A stretch of 64,000 bases of DNA from Eledone cirrhosa (taxonomy: Eukaryota), in assembly GCA_964016885.1 (NCBI GenBank), contig OZ024754.1, positions 33,108,001 through 33,172,000 on the forward strand, written 5' to 3'. A program made the position numbers and the translations under genes. Below the pieces are notes generated by a model that was not told the origin of the DNA, did not search any database, and saw only the letters and a list, made by a program, of their open reading frames with translations. Positions 15,806 through 28,270 of this stretch are shown here, in pieces (within the stretch, counting starts at the first letter, position 1; each line of letters begins with the position of its first letter).

Positions 15806-16225
15806 AAACGGAAAAAATGAAACGATATTTCATTTCCCACTCTTAGTACGGCTGTTACTTAAATATAAGTATGTACACGTACATACATATATGTATACCG
15901 ACGTACAGTAGTATGTATATATATATATACATACATGCACACATATATATATGCACGTATGGATTCACCGAACATTTATTATAATGCTCGGTGTGTTTGT
16001 AAACAAACATCCCGTATTAAGCCGTAGTGTCTAGCAACCACCGTTGCTCGTTTGTTCAACACTGACAAAGGAACGCTGTACTAGTTTCAAGCTTGTTAGC
16101 TATCGTCAGCAAACACACCGAGCATTATAATAAATGTTCGGTGAATCCATACGTGCATATATATATGTGTGCATGTATGTATATATATATATACATACTA
16201 CTGTACGTCGGTATACATATATGTA
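15806..16225 (-). mobile_element. Fold-back Penelope-like remnant with hammerhead (16074-16114, minus)
   Basis: Arms 15865-15999 / 16110-16225; spacer on minus reads CTGACGA-tagct aaca agctt-GAAA-ctag-TA; tail 15806-15860. Confidence 0.75.
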
Positions 16226-16239
16226 TGTACGTGTACATA

Positions 16240-16308
<69 letters not shown>

Positions 16309-16403
16309 AGAGAGAGAGAGAGATTTGGCGAGGAGCTTCCAACAGTAATGGTTGCATTCTTTAAGGGTATGTCAATATTTATTTATAAAACTGATCTATA
16401 TTA

Positions 16404-16468
16404 TATTTCATCTGATGAAAGCACACCATAATTTAACTTGGTGTCCTTGAAATATGTATAATGAAATA
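16404..16468 (+). ncRNA. Type I hammerhead ribozyme, relative of the Naiad pLTR ribozyme at 59601
   Basis: tatttcat-CTGATGA-aagcacaccataatttaacttggtgtcctt-GAAA-tatgta-TA-atgaaata; perfect 8-bp stem I; downstream sequence matches 59660-59705. Confidence 0.85.
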
Positions 16469-16514
16469 AATATGGTTTTATAAATATAGTTACCATTTGT
16501 TAATATCGTATATA

Positions 16515-16622
<108 letters not shown>

Positions 16623-16647
16623 TATATACATACATACATATATATAC

Positions 16648-16700
<53 letters not shown>

Positions 16701-17169
16701 AAATTATATATATACATATTTATATATAAACATATATGTATACATATATACATATATATATATATATATGTACTTTACTTCGATCATTGCCCCTCCCCTC
16801 TCTCTCCTGTCATTTATATATAATCAGTAGTTTTCACTATTCCACCAGGTATGTTCCAGGTATTCATTAATGGTCTCCTGGCATCAATAGAAAGACCGTA
16901 ATATAATTACCCAAAGAAGTCACAAATAATGATTTATGACGGACCAACAATAAAGGTTTCGTTTTACAATCGTGTATAACTGAAAAGGTAGTTCTTTCCT
17001 TCTTTATCTCTTACAATGTATCATCTTCTCCCCCCACCCCACCCCGCTCTCTCTCTCTCTTTGACTTCCATTCTCTCTTTCTCCTTCTCTATATTCTATA
17101 TATATATAGAGAGAGAGAGATGTATGTATATATATATATATATAGATATAGATATATATATATATATAC

Positions 17170-17218
<49 letters not shown>

Positions 17219-17219
17219 C

Positions 17220-17311
<92 letters not shown>

Positions 17312-17312
17312 G

Positions 17313-17399
<87 letters not shown>

Positions 17400-17630
17400 G
17401 TGAAGGCGTGTGGCTGAGTGGTTAGAGAATTGGATTCGCAATCGTAAGGTTGTGAGTTCGATTCCTGGACCAGGCGATGCGTTATGTCCTTGAGCAAGAC
17501 ACTTTATTTCACGTTGCTACTTCTACCTGGAGTTGCGACCGATAGATAGTATTAGCAATTGGAAAGACCAACGGAAACATTGTTCCCTCGGTCCGATTTG
17601 ACGAAGGTCGATCGTTCCTTTATATATACG

Positions 17631-17664
<34 letters not shown>

Positions 17665-17709
17665 CGTATATATATATATATATATATATATACGTATATA
17701 TATACGTAT

Positions 17710-17746
<37 letters not shown>

Positions 17747-18317
17747 AATAAATATATATAAATATATATATAAATATATATATAAGGATATATATATATA
17801 TATGTATATATATGTATATATATGTATATATAGCTATATATGTACATACATCTATATATATATATCCTTATATATATATATACACACACAACACACATAT
17901 ATATGTGTGTGTGTGCGTGTGTGTATGTACGTGTGCGTATATAAGCTCTATTTCTATCAATTATATTATTATTTCTGTCTTTCCCTCCCCCATCCACCTC
18001 TCTATCTCTCTCCCCCTATCACTCTCTCACACACATACACACACGCACTCACACACTCACACACACACACACGCACACGCTCACCCACACGCACACACAC
18101 ACACACTCTCTGTCATTTCGTTCTGAATGTTTTAACAAATTACACACATTCTATGTTACACAACTGACTATTCAATTCGCCAGACTGATCAAAAAGTATC
18201 CCGCGCCATTTTGGAATTAATAGATATTCTTATCTTCTTTTACTAGTTTCATTTATCAGATGGCGGCCATCCTGTGGCACCGCTTGATTTAGTCAATCGT
18301 ACCAATGCATTTTATGT

Positions 18318-18800
18318 GGTGAATTGACAGTGTGGTTAGCACGTCAGATAGAATGTTTTGCGGTATTCGTTTCGGCTTTCTGCTCATAGAGTTCAAATCC
18401 CAGCGTGATCAATTTTGCCTTTCATCCCTTCAAGATCGATAAAAAAAAAAGTACCAGTCAAGTACTGGCGTCGATTCTTCGTCTATATCTCTTTCTCACT
18501 TCGATTTTCTCACTCTGTATCTTTCTCTGGAAGAAATCTGTCCTATTGAGACCTGGTTAAAAAGAAATGCCGTAGAATCACTGTATGTCGATAAGGTGCC
18601 TCTACGACTTTCTCGGGAGTTACGGGACCAGGAATGCATCAATGCTTTATATAGGCCTGTGAAGAAATGAGCGGGGTAATCTAGCTTTTCAAGCATAAGC
18701 GATGTCGTAGTCTCCCATCAATGCCCGTGGAGAAGCCATGAGTGGTGAAACTCTCCTGTCATTGAACGCCTAACAAAACCCTTATCACTAACAGGGAAGC
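18318..18800 (+). mobile_element. Divergent tRNA-SINE head followed by a second repeat segment also seen at 38060-38180
   Basis: gagttcaaatcc...gcctttcatcc...gataaaa...gtaccag, then ggaagaaatctg...cctggt...ataaggtgcctctacgac shared with 38069-38180. Confidence 0.6.
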
Positions 18801-19003
18801 AATTCACTCTATTTATGGTATTTTTGCGGGAGATAAAATAACGATATATACTCTCACACACATAAATAGATGTTTACGTACATACATACACACATACACA
18901 AATACATAGAGACAGACAGACAGACATACCGACATACACACATACATACATACATCCGTAATATATACATATAAAGTACCTCACACAAACTGGCGTATAT
19001 ATA

Positions 19004-19040
<37 letters not shown>

Positions 19041-20170
19041 TTATATAATATATATATATAATATATATAAACCAACGTATATATATATATATATACACAC
19101 ACTCCTCTCTCTTCTCTGTTTATCGCTTCTACACACATACATATATATGTCTTGCATTAAGTTGAACGGCAGCCATCTTGAAATATCGTTGTCTATATTG
19201 ATGGAATGAATCATGTTGCGTTGATTCCGTTGTGGATTGAACAATGTCAAATGAAAGGAAATGTGCCATGATATAGAAAGCTGACGGTGCGTTTAAAATG
19301 GAAAGGCAATTGGCTGCTATTTTAGCCTTAAATCTGTGTAGTTCATGCTTCCAATATAGTGACTAGCATAAAAGAATATCTCTAAAGTTAGGAAAAGATT
19401 CATTTTCTATATAGATAATGAACACAACCACAAGGATATGGTGCGAACGCGGAAGGGCCGAACTCCCACTGTCATCGCCCCCATCTCTCTCACCCTCTCC
19501 ATCTCTCTGTATGGTGAGCAAATGGGGTCCCGCGTGCTGGCCTCCCCACAGCCCCGGCGGACAGAATGGAGAAGGCGTTTCCCCAGAGGATGGTAAGGGA
19601 GGTGCGCTGGAAGGGCCATTTGTGTTTTGAAGAATCTCAGTTAGGTTGTGTTGGTCAGTTAAGTTGTATATAGATAATATAGCGGAGGTGTTGGTGGTGT
19701 ATTTATTAGGGACAGCGTTCTGTCTTGTTTGGTTTTATTAATGTAAACGATAACGTAGCGGGTGTTTATGGTGTGAAGAATATTCCAAGTGCTATATGCA
19801 TGAGGTACAACTACTACAACGACAACAACAACAACATCGATATCTGGTTGAAAGGAGAATAAAGAGGAATATCTGGTTGAAAGGAGAATAAAGAGGCTGT
19901 GTAAGTTTATAATTCCAAAAGTTCATTCAGTTAAGGTAACAGTTCTATAGAAATATAGAAAGTTTTAAATAATTGCAGAAGACGATATAGAAATAGTTTT
20001 AAGGAAATCATCAGGAAAGCCCAAATGGTTTCCTTCGAACGAAACAGTTCTACTCCTGTAGAAACCATTTCTATATTAAATTTTGTATATACTCTACTAA
20101 TGTATTGAGTACCTTACTAACTATGGCTACCCCCGATTGAACCCGGGACTTATATATATATATATATATA

Positions 20171-20849
20171 TACAATATTAAATAAATGGAAAACTATATT
20201 TATAAAACCATATTTATTTCATTATATATATTTCGGGGATATCATATTAACAATATGCTATGCCTTCATCAGACAAAATACAATATAAACAGTTTTATAG
20301 ATAAATAGATTCGACATACCGTTATAACACCGACTTCATTTGAAGAGGTTTAAGCTGGCAGTGAAAAAAGTTTACACAGAGAGAAAGAAAGAGAGAAAAA
20401 AGAAAGAAAGACAGAAAACTTCTTTACATGAAGTTCTTCGCTTTATCTATCTTTCCATCTCTCTATTTTGTTCCATGCATTTCCTCTTTCTCTTCTTTTT
20501 CTTCCTTTTCTTCGTTTTCTGTCTTTCTTTCTTTTTTCTCTCTTTCTTTCTCTCTGTATAAAATTTTTTCACTGCCAGCTTAAACCTCTTCAAATGAAGT
20601 CGGTGTTATAACGGTATGTCGAATCTATTTATCTATAAAACTGTTTATATTGTATTTTGTCTGATGAAGGCATAGCATATTGTTAATATGATATCCCCGA
20701 AATATATATAATGAAATAAATATGGTTTTATAAATATAGTTTTCCATTTATTTAATATTGTAAATATGCTCCAAATATTTGTCGAGTGCTTTTATATCAG
20801 TTATAAATATTTACTAGTTGTAACCCAACAATTTTAAATATAACTTTCC
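20171..20849 (+). mobile_element. 5'-truncated copy of the Naiad element: inverted pLTR arm (20171-20419) plus direct 3' end (20420-20849)
   Basis: Direct part matches 59373-59796 closely; hammerheads at 20653-20718 (+) and 20215-20280 (-); TA-flanked. Confidence 0.92.
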
Positions 20850-20899
20850 ATGTATATATATATATATATTATATATATATATATATTATATATATATAA

Positions 20900-21100
20900 T
20901 ATATAGATGAGATTCTACAGGACTAGAACTGTTTCATTCTTTAGAAATCATCAGGAATTCTTGATGATTCCTGATGATTTCTAAAGAATGAAACAGTTCT
21001 AGTCCTGTAGAATCTCATCTATATTAAAACTTTTATACTCTGCTATGTATTGTGTAGCTTACCTACTGTGGTTACCTCCGATTCAACCCGGAATAACTTA
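20900..21100 (+). mobile_element. Fold-back Penelope-like remnant (arms ~20900-20958 / 20967-21025, tail to 21098)
   Basis: Perfect inverted repeat containing CTGATGA-ttctaaagaa-GAAA; tail family also at 20040-20150, 4290-4400 (-) and 61218-61292 (-). Confidence 0.75.
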
Positions 21101-21112
21101 TATATATATAAC

Positions 21113-21305
21113 GAAGGAAATGTGGTAAGGAACCAGGTGGACCATAACGCACCAAAGTACTCAATACTTAGGGTAGTAGAGTGGGTAATAGGAACGAGTA
21201 GGACCCCGACGGCTGAGCTCAAGCCGTTTCGACGGCTTGTTCTGGACTCAGAATTAGCCGTCGAAACGGCTTGAGCTCAGCCGTCGGGGTCCTACTCGTT
21301 CCTAT
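21113..21305 (-). mobile_element. Fold-back remnant of the 15131 family
   Basis: Arms ataggaacgagtaggacccc...gacggct / agccgtc...ctcgttcctat; tail 21113-21187. Confidence 0.8.
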
Positions 21306-21401
21306 ATATGTATATATATATATATGAATATATATATATATATATGAATTAAAAGTGACAAAGGCACTGTGTGGTTACTAATAAATATTATTTAGAAAAC
21401 G

Positions 21402-21594
21402 AGGGCGGTGGTTTGGCAGTATCAGCAGAGCGTCAGACAACATGCTTTGCAACATAGAGTTATGACCCTTTACGTTCTGAGTTGAAATCCGCGGAGGTTA
21501 ACTTTGTCTTTCATTCTTACGGGGTCTATAAAATAAAGTACCAGTAATGCACTGGGATAATTGCTGACCTTGTGCCAAAAGTAGAAACAATTAT
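21402..21594 (+). mobile_element. tRNA-derived SINE with TSD, inserted into a fold-back element
   Basis: Flanked by ttatttagaaaacg (21388-21401) and ttatttggaaaacg (21591-21604). Confidence 0.85.
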
Positions 21595-21735
21595 TTGGAA
21601 AACGTAAGAGAAACACAAACATAAGTACAAATTCCCGCTCTTGAGCTGTCTGCTGTGGGTCGCTGATGTTTCGACGCATTAAAGACGTTTTCTAAACAAC
21701 ATTTATTAGTAATCACACAGCACCTTTCTATCTAT

Positions 21736-21906
21736 CTAGGGCGGGTAAAATTCCCGAGATCCATGGACGAGTTCTCTCCAGCGGTCTCTGTCCCTCATTA
21801 TCGCTGCCATGTCCTGCGTCTCCAACAGACCAGTGCCTGTCCTTAGGGCATCAACATACGTTAACCTTGGTCTTCCTCTTCCAGTGTGTCCATGCAGGGG
21901 CTCCAA
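21736..21906 (-). mobile_element. RTE-clade LINE 3' end (same family as 47348-47710)
   Basis: Near-identical reverse complement of 47540-47710; ends in tagatagatag. Confidence 0.85.
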
Positions 21907-22541
21907 TTAATTTATTGCTGTGACCTCCGTTTTATTCTCCCTATCTCGCTTGTTGTTAATTCTGCTTTTGAATTTAAATTCTGCCATTTTGGATCAGCTC
22001 TTTTACTTCCCCTTTTCTCTCTCTTACTTCCTCTTCCTTTCTCTCTGTCTCTCTCCCACTCATTTATTCCTCCCCCCTTTCTCTCTCCCATTTACTTACT
22101 CACTTTCTCTCACATCATCTATCTCCTTTCTCCACCTCTCACTCTCTCTCTCTCTCTCTCTTACCACTCACCACTCCCCCTCTCACTTCCGTTTTCCTTC
22201 GTCTCTCCCTCTTTCCTCCTGTTCTCGCTATGACCAGACGTTTTTCTCTTCGCTTTCCCTCGTGCTGTTAATACATATTCAGGACTTACGTTCGGTCTCC
22301 TTTTTAACTTATCCCTCTCTTCCACTGGTTATTGCAACTTATTTTCTTTTTCTGTCGTTCTCTTCGCTATGGTCTCTGTTTTTATTTTTGTTTTATTTCT
22401 TCCCTGATAACGATTCCTCTAAGTTATCAACGCACTGTGGTGAGCTGTACTGTCTTTAATGCGCCGAAACGTCAGCGATTCACAGCAGACAGCTGAAGAG
22501 CGGGAATTGTCTTTATGTTTGTGTTTGTCTTACGTTTTCTA

Positions 22542-22646
<105 letters not shown>

Positions 22647-22718
22647 AGAGAGAGAAATTCATAGACTGTTACAGATAAACGAACAGATAGATAGATAGAT
22701 AGATATATAGATAGATAT

Positions 22719-23691
22719 GTTTCTTTTATTTGCCACTAGGGCATCAAAAGTGGGACAAGTACAAAGGGGGGAGTTTACACAAAAAGGCGTCCTCAATAAG
22801 GAGGAGGCAATAACAAAATATAAAAATAAAATAAGATATAACAAAAAATAAAATTTTTAACAAAATCCTCAATAGAGAGGAGGCGCCTTGGGGGGTCGCA
22901 CACACCCCCGAAAAAAGTGTGCAACCCTTTTCCTCAGGAGCACAGAGAGGGGGTGCTCCCTCGTTCCTTCCTCTTTTCCACCTACAGGCTCATGTAAAGA
23001 GAAGGCCCATTCACACGGGCCATTCTCGCCACTTTCACCCACCTTTCATAAAAACGACTGGGGTGCAGCACCTCTCTCTCCATCCTGATCCTTCTTCCGA
23101 AATGATATCGGAAGAAACGGACCAGTTGTTGGCCAGAGAGAAAGGTGCCTGACCTCAGTCCTTTCAGACGCGTCCACCATACAACCTCTTTCGCCATGGC
23201 TATTACGCACAGAAACACCGCCTCTGCTTCATCTTTGAAGGGGGGAGGCGGCTTGATCATTACAATAGACTCGGTGGTCAACCGGATCGGTCCCACCCTT
23301 GACAGCAGTTGTTCGACATAGCCCCACAGATCGGCTACGCCCGAGCAGTGTACCAATGCGTGTGCAACGGTTTCCTCGTCGCACACGCATCTGGGACAGA
23401 TCTTTTTGGCGGGGTCCCTACCCGGGCGCCCGTGTCTGTAGAGCCTTTCTCGAACGGGTAAAGCCCCTCGGTAGCACTGCCAGGCCAGGGACTTCTGGAA
23501 GTTGTCCATAGGTCCCGGGCTGAATGTCCTACCGAACAGGCTGGCCAGTTCGTCCTCCTCCATGTCTAGGGCTTCTCCGAGGGCGTCGTCGGACCTGCTG
23601 CGTACCAGCCCTCTATAGAATGTTGCGGTGGAGTCTCCACTGATAACCGGATCCGCCTGCCAGAGGGCGGTGAGCGCCTGGGCACACTCAG
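22719..23691 (-). mobile_element. 5'-truncated Tx1/L1-clade LINE copy (~970 bp)
   Basis: Near-identical to 23790-24762; includes the CCHC knuckle CPRCVCDEETVAHALVHC and the 3' UTR; bounded by (GATA)n. Confidence 0.93.
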
Positions 23692-23701
23692 ATAGATAGA
23701 T

Positions 23702-23789
<88 letters not shown>

Positions 23790-26600
23790 GTTTCTTTTAT
23801 TTGCCACTAGGGCATCAAAAGTGGGACAAGTACAAAGGGGGGAGTTTACACAAAAAGGCGTCCTCAATAAGGAGGAGGCAATAACAAAATATAAAAATAA
23901 AATAAGATATCACAAAAAATAAAATTTTTAACAAAATCCTCAATAGAGAGGAGGCGCCTTGGGGGGTCGCACACACCCCCGAAAAAAGTGTGCAACCCTT
24001 CTCCTCAGGAGCACAGAGAAGGGGTGCTCCCTTGGTCTTTCATCTTCCTCACCTATAGTCTGATGTAGAGTGAAGGCCCATTCACACGGGCCATTCTCGC
24101 CACTTTCACCCATCTTTCATAGAAACGGCTGGGGTGCAGCACCTCTCTCTCCATCCTGATCCTTCTTCCGAAATGATATCGGAAGAAACGGACCAGTTGT
24201 TGGCCAGAGAGAAAGGTGCCTGACCTCAGTCCTTTCAGACGCGTCCACCATACAACCTCTTTCGCCATGGCTATTACGCACAGAAACACCGCCTCTGCTT
24301 CATCTTTGAAGGGGGGAGGCGGCTTGATCATTACAATAGACTCGGTGGTCAACCGGATCGGTCCCACCCTTGACAGCAGTTGTTCGACATAGCCCCACAG
24401 ATCGGCTGCGCCCGAGCAGTGTACCAATGCGTGTGCAACGGTTTCCTCGTCGCACACGCATCTGGGACAGATCTTTTTGGCGGGGTCCCTACCCGGGCAC
24501 CCGTGTCTGTAGAGCCTTTCTCGAACGGGTAAAGCCCCTCGGTAGCACTGCCAGGCCAGGGACTTCTGGAAGTTGTCCATAGGTCCCGGGCTGAATGTCC
24601 TACCGAACAGGCTGGCCAGTTCGTCCTCCTCCATGTCTAGGGCTTCTCCGAGGGCGTCGTCGCACCTGCTGCGTACCAGCCCTCTATAGAATGTTGCGGT
24701 GGAGTCTCCACTGATAACCGGATCCGCCTGCCAGAGGGCGGTGAGCGCCTGGGCACACTCAGTGTGCCAGGCGCCCAGTTTTCTCGGTCTTTGCTTGACC
24801 CAGGATTGCAGCTCGGTGAGTGAGACGAGTCTGGGAAAGGTTCGTCTCACAAACGAGGCCCACACCGGTTGTCCGGTGAGGAATACGTAGAGGTGCCGTA
24901 GCCTTAATGCGTGTTTACGCATCATTAGCCACGGCATCCCCAGCCCTCCTTTCGAAGGGTGTTGACAGCAGATGGATCTCCTCACCATAGGAGCCCGCCT
25001 CTTCCAAAGGAATTGGAAGAGCGCGCGCTCCATCTTGGTGAGGGTTTCCCTTGGGCAGGGCACTACGGTCAGGCGGTAGTAGATGACGGACGCTATATAA
25101 GTGTTCGCCACCTCCGCCCGACCTTTCAGGGATAGTTTGCAACTGGCCCACTTCTGGGTCAGTGCAAGCACCCTGTTCGTAACCTCCGCCCAGTTTTTCT
25201 CCACCTGGAGGTCCGGTCCGAACCAGACCCCGAGCAACTTCACCGGGCCCTCCGTCCAGCGTCCGACGACGCCATCAGAGGGCATCGGTCTGCCCCTCCA
25301 CGTGCCGAGTTGCAAACCGATCGACTTGTCCCGGTTCAGCTTAGCCCCTGTGAACTTTTCGTACTCCTCCAGTAAGGTGCCGACCGCCTCGATTTCGGAG
25401 GCCGTCGACACCATTACTGTCACATCATCGGCGTAGGCTGACACCGCTTTCCGCAATCCCGGTTCCAAAGGGATGCCCTGCAACAACTCCAACTTCCGCA
25501 GTAGTGGCTCGAGAGTCAACACATACAGGAGGGAGGAGAGAGGGCACCCTTGTCGGATGGACCGCGCGATTTTGAACGGCTCCGAGAGGTAGCCGTTCAC
25601 CTTGACCCTAGAGCAGATGCGGCTGCTGTGCATAGCAGTGATCCAGCCCCTGAAAACGGGTCCGAAGCCTGCCGCCTCTAGCACCGCATCCAGGTAACCA
25701 TGGTCGACCCTATCGAACGCCTTAGATTGATCCAAGTTGATCAGAGCCCCACCAAAGCCGGGTTCGTTCCCAACCCTCTCTATGATGTATCGCATGAGGT
25801 GGAGGTTGTCATGGATGGACCTGGACGGGATAGCGCATGTCTGCGCATCTCCCACCAGGTTGCCCACGACAAGCGCCAACCTCTTTGCTAGCACCTTGGC
25901 CAAAATCTGTAACTCTGTATTTAGCAGAGTTATGGGCCTGAAGTTACTTATTTCGTCCCCCTTGTTCTCGTCCTTCCTCACTAGCGTGACTACGCCCTTG
26001 GTCACAGTACAGGGAATTCTCCCGTTCTGTTGCCAGTTGCAGTAGACCGCCTCGAGGAGATCGGGGAACAAGTCCGGCATAGCTAGATATAATTCGTAAG
26101 GAAGACCATCGAGACCCGGGGATTTGCGTTTGCCGCATTGGCTCAGCACGTCCTCTATCTCAGCGGCCGAAATCGGTTCCTCGCAGGACTTCGCCTCCCT
26201 GTCCGAGAGGCGCGGCAGGCCGTCGAGGTATGGACCGAAGTCCACGTTCCCAACCGGCTCCCCGCCCCTCCCGAACAGTCGGGCAAAGTGCCTTTGAAAG
26301 GCCTCACACATCTGCTTAGGCTCAAGAATCGCCCGTCCATCCAGGTCTCGCAAAGACCGGATGGTGGATTTAGTTCCACTGTTGGCCTCTGTCACGCGGG
26401 CCCAGCTAACAGCTTTGGTCCCCTCGTTCCCTAGAGCACGTATTTTACTTCGGACAACGCAGCCTTCGTGCTTCGCGTCGAAAAACTGGCTCAAAGCCGT
26501 TCTCGACGCTAGCACTCTGGCCACGTCGCCGCTTCTAATTGCCTCTTCTACTCTATCTATTAGCTCCCTTTCCTTCCTATTCCTATCCGCAGCTAGAACA
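23790..26600 (-). mobile_element. 5'-truncated Tx1/L1-clade LINE inserted in (GATA)n
   Basis: Intact RT reading frame, 3' UTR with aataaa-like end, (GATA)n on both sides. Confidence 0.95.
24053..26599 (-). CDS. LINE ORF2 reverse transcriptase with C-terminal zinc knuckle; APE endonuclease lost by truncation
   Basis: KSPGLDGLPYELY, FRPITLLNTELQILAK, LDQSKAFDRV, IRQGCPLS, SAYADD, KLLGVWFG, CPRC...HALVHC; frame stays open upstream of 26524 (VLAADRNRKERELIDRVEEAIRSGD). Confidence 0.95.
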   Translation of the reverse strand, partial: VLAADRNRKERELIDRVEEAIRSGDVARVLASRTALSQFFDAKHEGCVVRSKIRALGNEGTKAVSWARVTEANSGTKSTIRSLRDLDGRAILEPKQMCEAFQRHFARLFGRGGEPVGNVDFGPYLDGLPRLSDREAKSCEEPISAAEIEDVLSQCGKRKSPGLDGLPYELYLAMPDLFPDLLEAVYCNWQQNGRIPCTVTKGVVTLVRKDENKGDEISNFRPITLLNTELQILAKVLAKRLALVVGNLVGDAQTCAIPSRSIHDNLHLMRYIIERVGNEPGFGGALINLDQSKAFDRVDHGYLDAVLEAAGFGPVFRGWITAMHSSRICSRVKVNGYLSEPFKIARSIRQGCPLSSLLYVLTLEPLLRKLELLQGIPLEPGLRKAVSAYADDVTVMVSTASEIEAVGTLLEEYEKFTGAKLNRDKSIGLQLGTWRGRPMPSDGVVGRWTEGPVKLLGVWFGPDLQVEKNWAEVTNRVLALTQKWASCKLSLKGRAEVANTYIASVIYYRLTVVPCPRETLTKMERALFQFLWKRRAPMVRRSICCQHPSKGGLGMPWLMMRKHALRLRHLYVFLTGQPVWASFVRRTFPRLVSLTELQSWVKQRPRKLGAWHTECAQALTALWQADPVISGDSTATFYRGLVRSRCDDALGEALDMEEDELASLFGRTFSPGPMDNFQKSLAWQCYRGALPVRERLYRHGCPGRDPAKKICPRCVCDEETVAHALVHCSGAADLWGYVEQLLSRVGPIRLTTESIVMIKPPPPFKDEAEAVFLCVIAMAKEVVWWTRLKGLRSGTFLSGQQLVRFFRYHFGRRIRMEREVLHPSRFYERWVKVARMARVNGPSLYIRL

Positions 26601-26963
26601 TAGATAGATAGACAAACAGATAGGAAATTGAATTATCTGAGTGTCTTAGATAATTAGAATGTAATGATGATTATGTAGATATCCCAAAGAATCTCTAGTG
26701 GTTCTGAACTGACGACGCCATTACGATATATCACCAGCTATAAAACGTTGAACCTAACCAAATTTAAACAATGTCACTATCTGAGATTATTGTTGACAAG
26801 ATATGTGAAGCAGAATACAAGGAAACACCATAAGATGGAATGATAATTGTAGCAATATTTATGGCGACCACAACTTCAGGAATATAAACAAATACACACA
26901 CACACGCGCACACACACGCACACACACACACTCACAGACACACACACACACACACACGCACAG

Positions 26964-27017
<54 letters not shown>

Positions 27018-27317
27018 CGAAAGAAAGAAAAGAAACGAGAAAACTTCAGCAAGCTACAAGGGAGAAACCGTCGCAACTATAACTAACAGCAAACAATTAA
27101 AGTATAATATATAGAAACACTTGTAATGCAGGAGGACACTGGAGAAGCAAAAGGGATGCTAAACGACAGAGAATAGCTGCAGTAATGGTAATAACAGCAA
27201 CAGCAGCAGTAGCAGTAACAGTAGCAGTAGCAGTAACAGTAGCAGTAGCACTATTGGCAAATGAGAATGTAATTGAAACATCATAATAAGCAAATACAAC
27301 TACAATAGTCAGGTGAA

Positions 27318-28085
27318 CATATTGTTATTGCTGTAGTTACTATATTGAGATTAGCAGTATTAATAAGGTTAATGTTGTGTTATATGTGTGATAGCTGCAG
27401 TTAGTATATTACGATTAGCAGTAGTAATAACTAAAAGCACTGTTACATTTGTCATTGCTGTAGTTAGTAAATTGAGATTAGTAATAATAATAACTAAAAG
27501 CACTGTTACATGTGTTATTGCTGTAGTTACTATATTAAGACTAATGTTAATAACAACTAAAGGTAGTTAGATGTGTTATTGCTGTCGTTAGTAAATTGAG
27601 ATTAGTAGTAATAATAAGTAAAGGCACTGTTATACGTGTTATTGCTGTCGTTAGTAAATTGAGATTAGTAGTAATACTAACTAAAAGAAGTGTTACACCT
27701 GCTATCGAAGGAGTTAGTATATCAAGATTAGTAATAATAATTAAAGGTAGTTACATGTGTATTATTGCTGTAGTTAGTATATTAAGGTTAGCAGTAATAA
27801 TAACTAAACGTAGTTAGATGTGTTATTGCTGTAGTTAGTAAATTGAGATTAGCAGTAATAATTGTTTCTACATTTGGCACAAGGCCAGCAATTATCCCAG
27901 CGCATTACTGGTACTTTATTTTATCGAGCCCGTAAGGATGAAAGGCAAAGTTAACCTCGGTGGGATTTGAACTCAGATCATAAAAGGGCGTAACTCTGTG
28001 CTACAAAGCATAACGTCCGACTCTATACCGATACTGCCAATCCACCGCTCTAGCAGTAATAATAACCAAAGGTAGTTAGATGTGT
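27318..28085. repeat. Degenerate ~60-bp tandem repeat (~9 units), interrupted by a SINE
   Basis: Recurring atgtgttattgctgtagttagtaaattgagattagtagtaataataactaaa. Confidence 0.85.
27863..28050 (-). mobile_element. tRNA-derived SINE with 13-bp TSD
   Basis: TAGCAGTAATAAT at 27850-27862 and 28051-28063. Confidence 0.92.
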
Positions 28086-28270
28086 AGTTATTATAATAAT
28101 AATTTCATCAGTAATAACTGATTGTGGTATTACATCTCTAATTACAATAGTTATTATTAAGCTGAGATCAGGAGTAATGATTGGCAGTAACGTTACATTG
28201 ACAAAGATATTGAAAATAGCTCCAATCACAGAAATAGCAATGAAGAGAAATTGCAGCAATTAATGTGATA

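Noticed and set aside
19418-19630. GC-rich short ORFs
   Set aside because: No recognisable domain or splice support; origin unresolved
20968-21003. Complete hammerhead at CTGATGA...GAAAC
   Set aside because: Core and stem II are present but no stem I pairing is visible, so it is not counted as intact
24370-26603. Plus-strand ORFs overlapping the LINE
   Set aside because: Antisense shadows of the GC-rich ORF2
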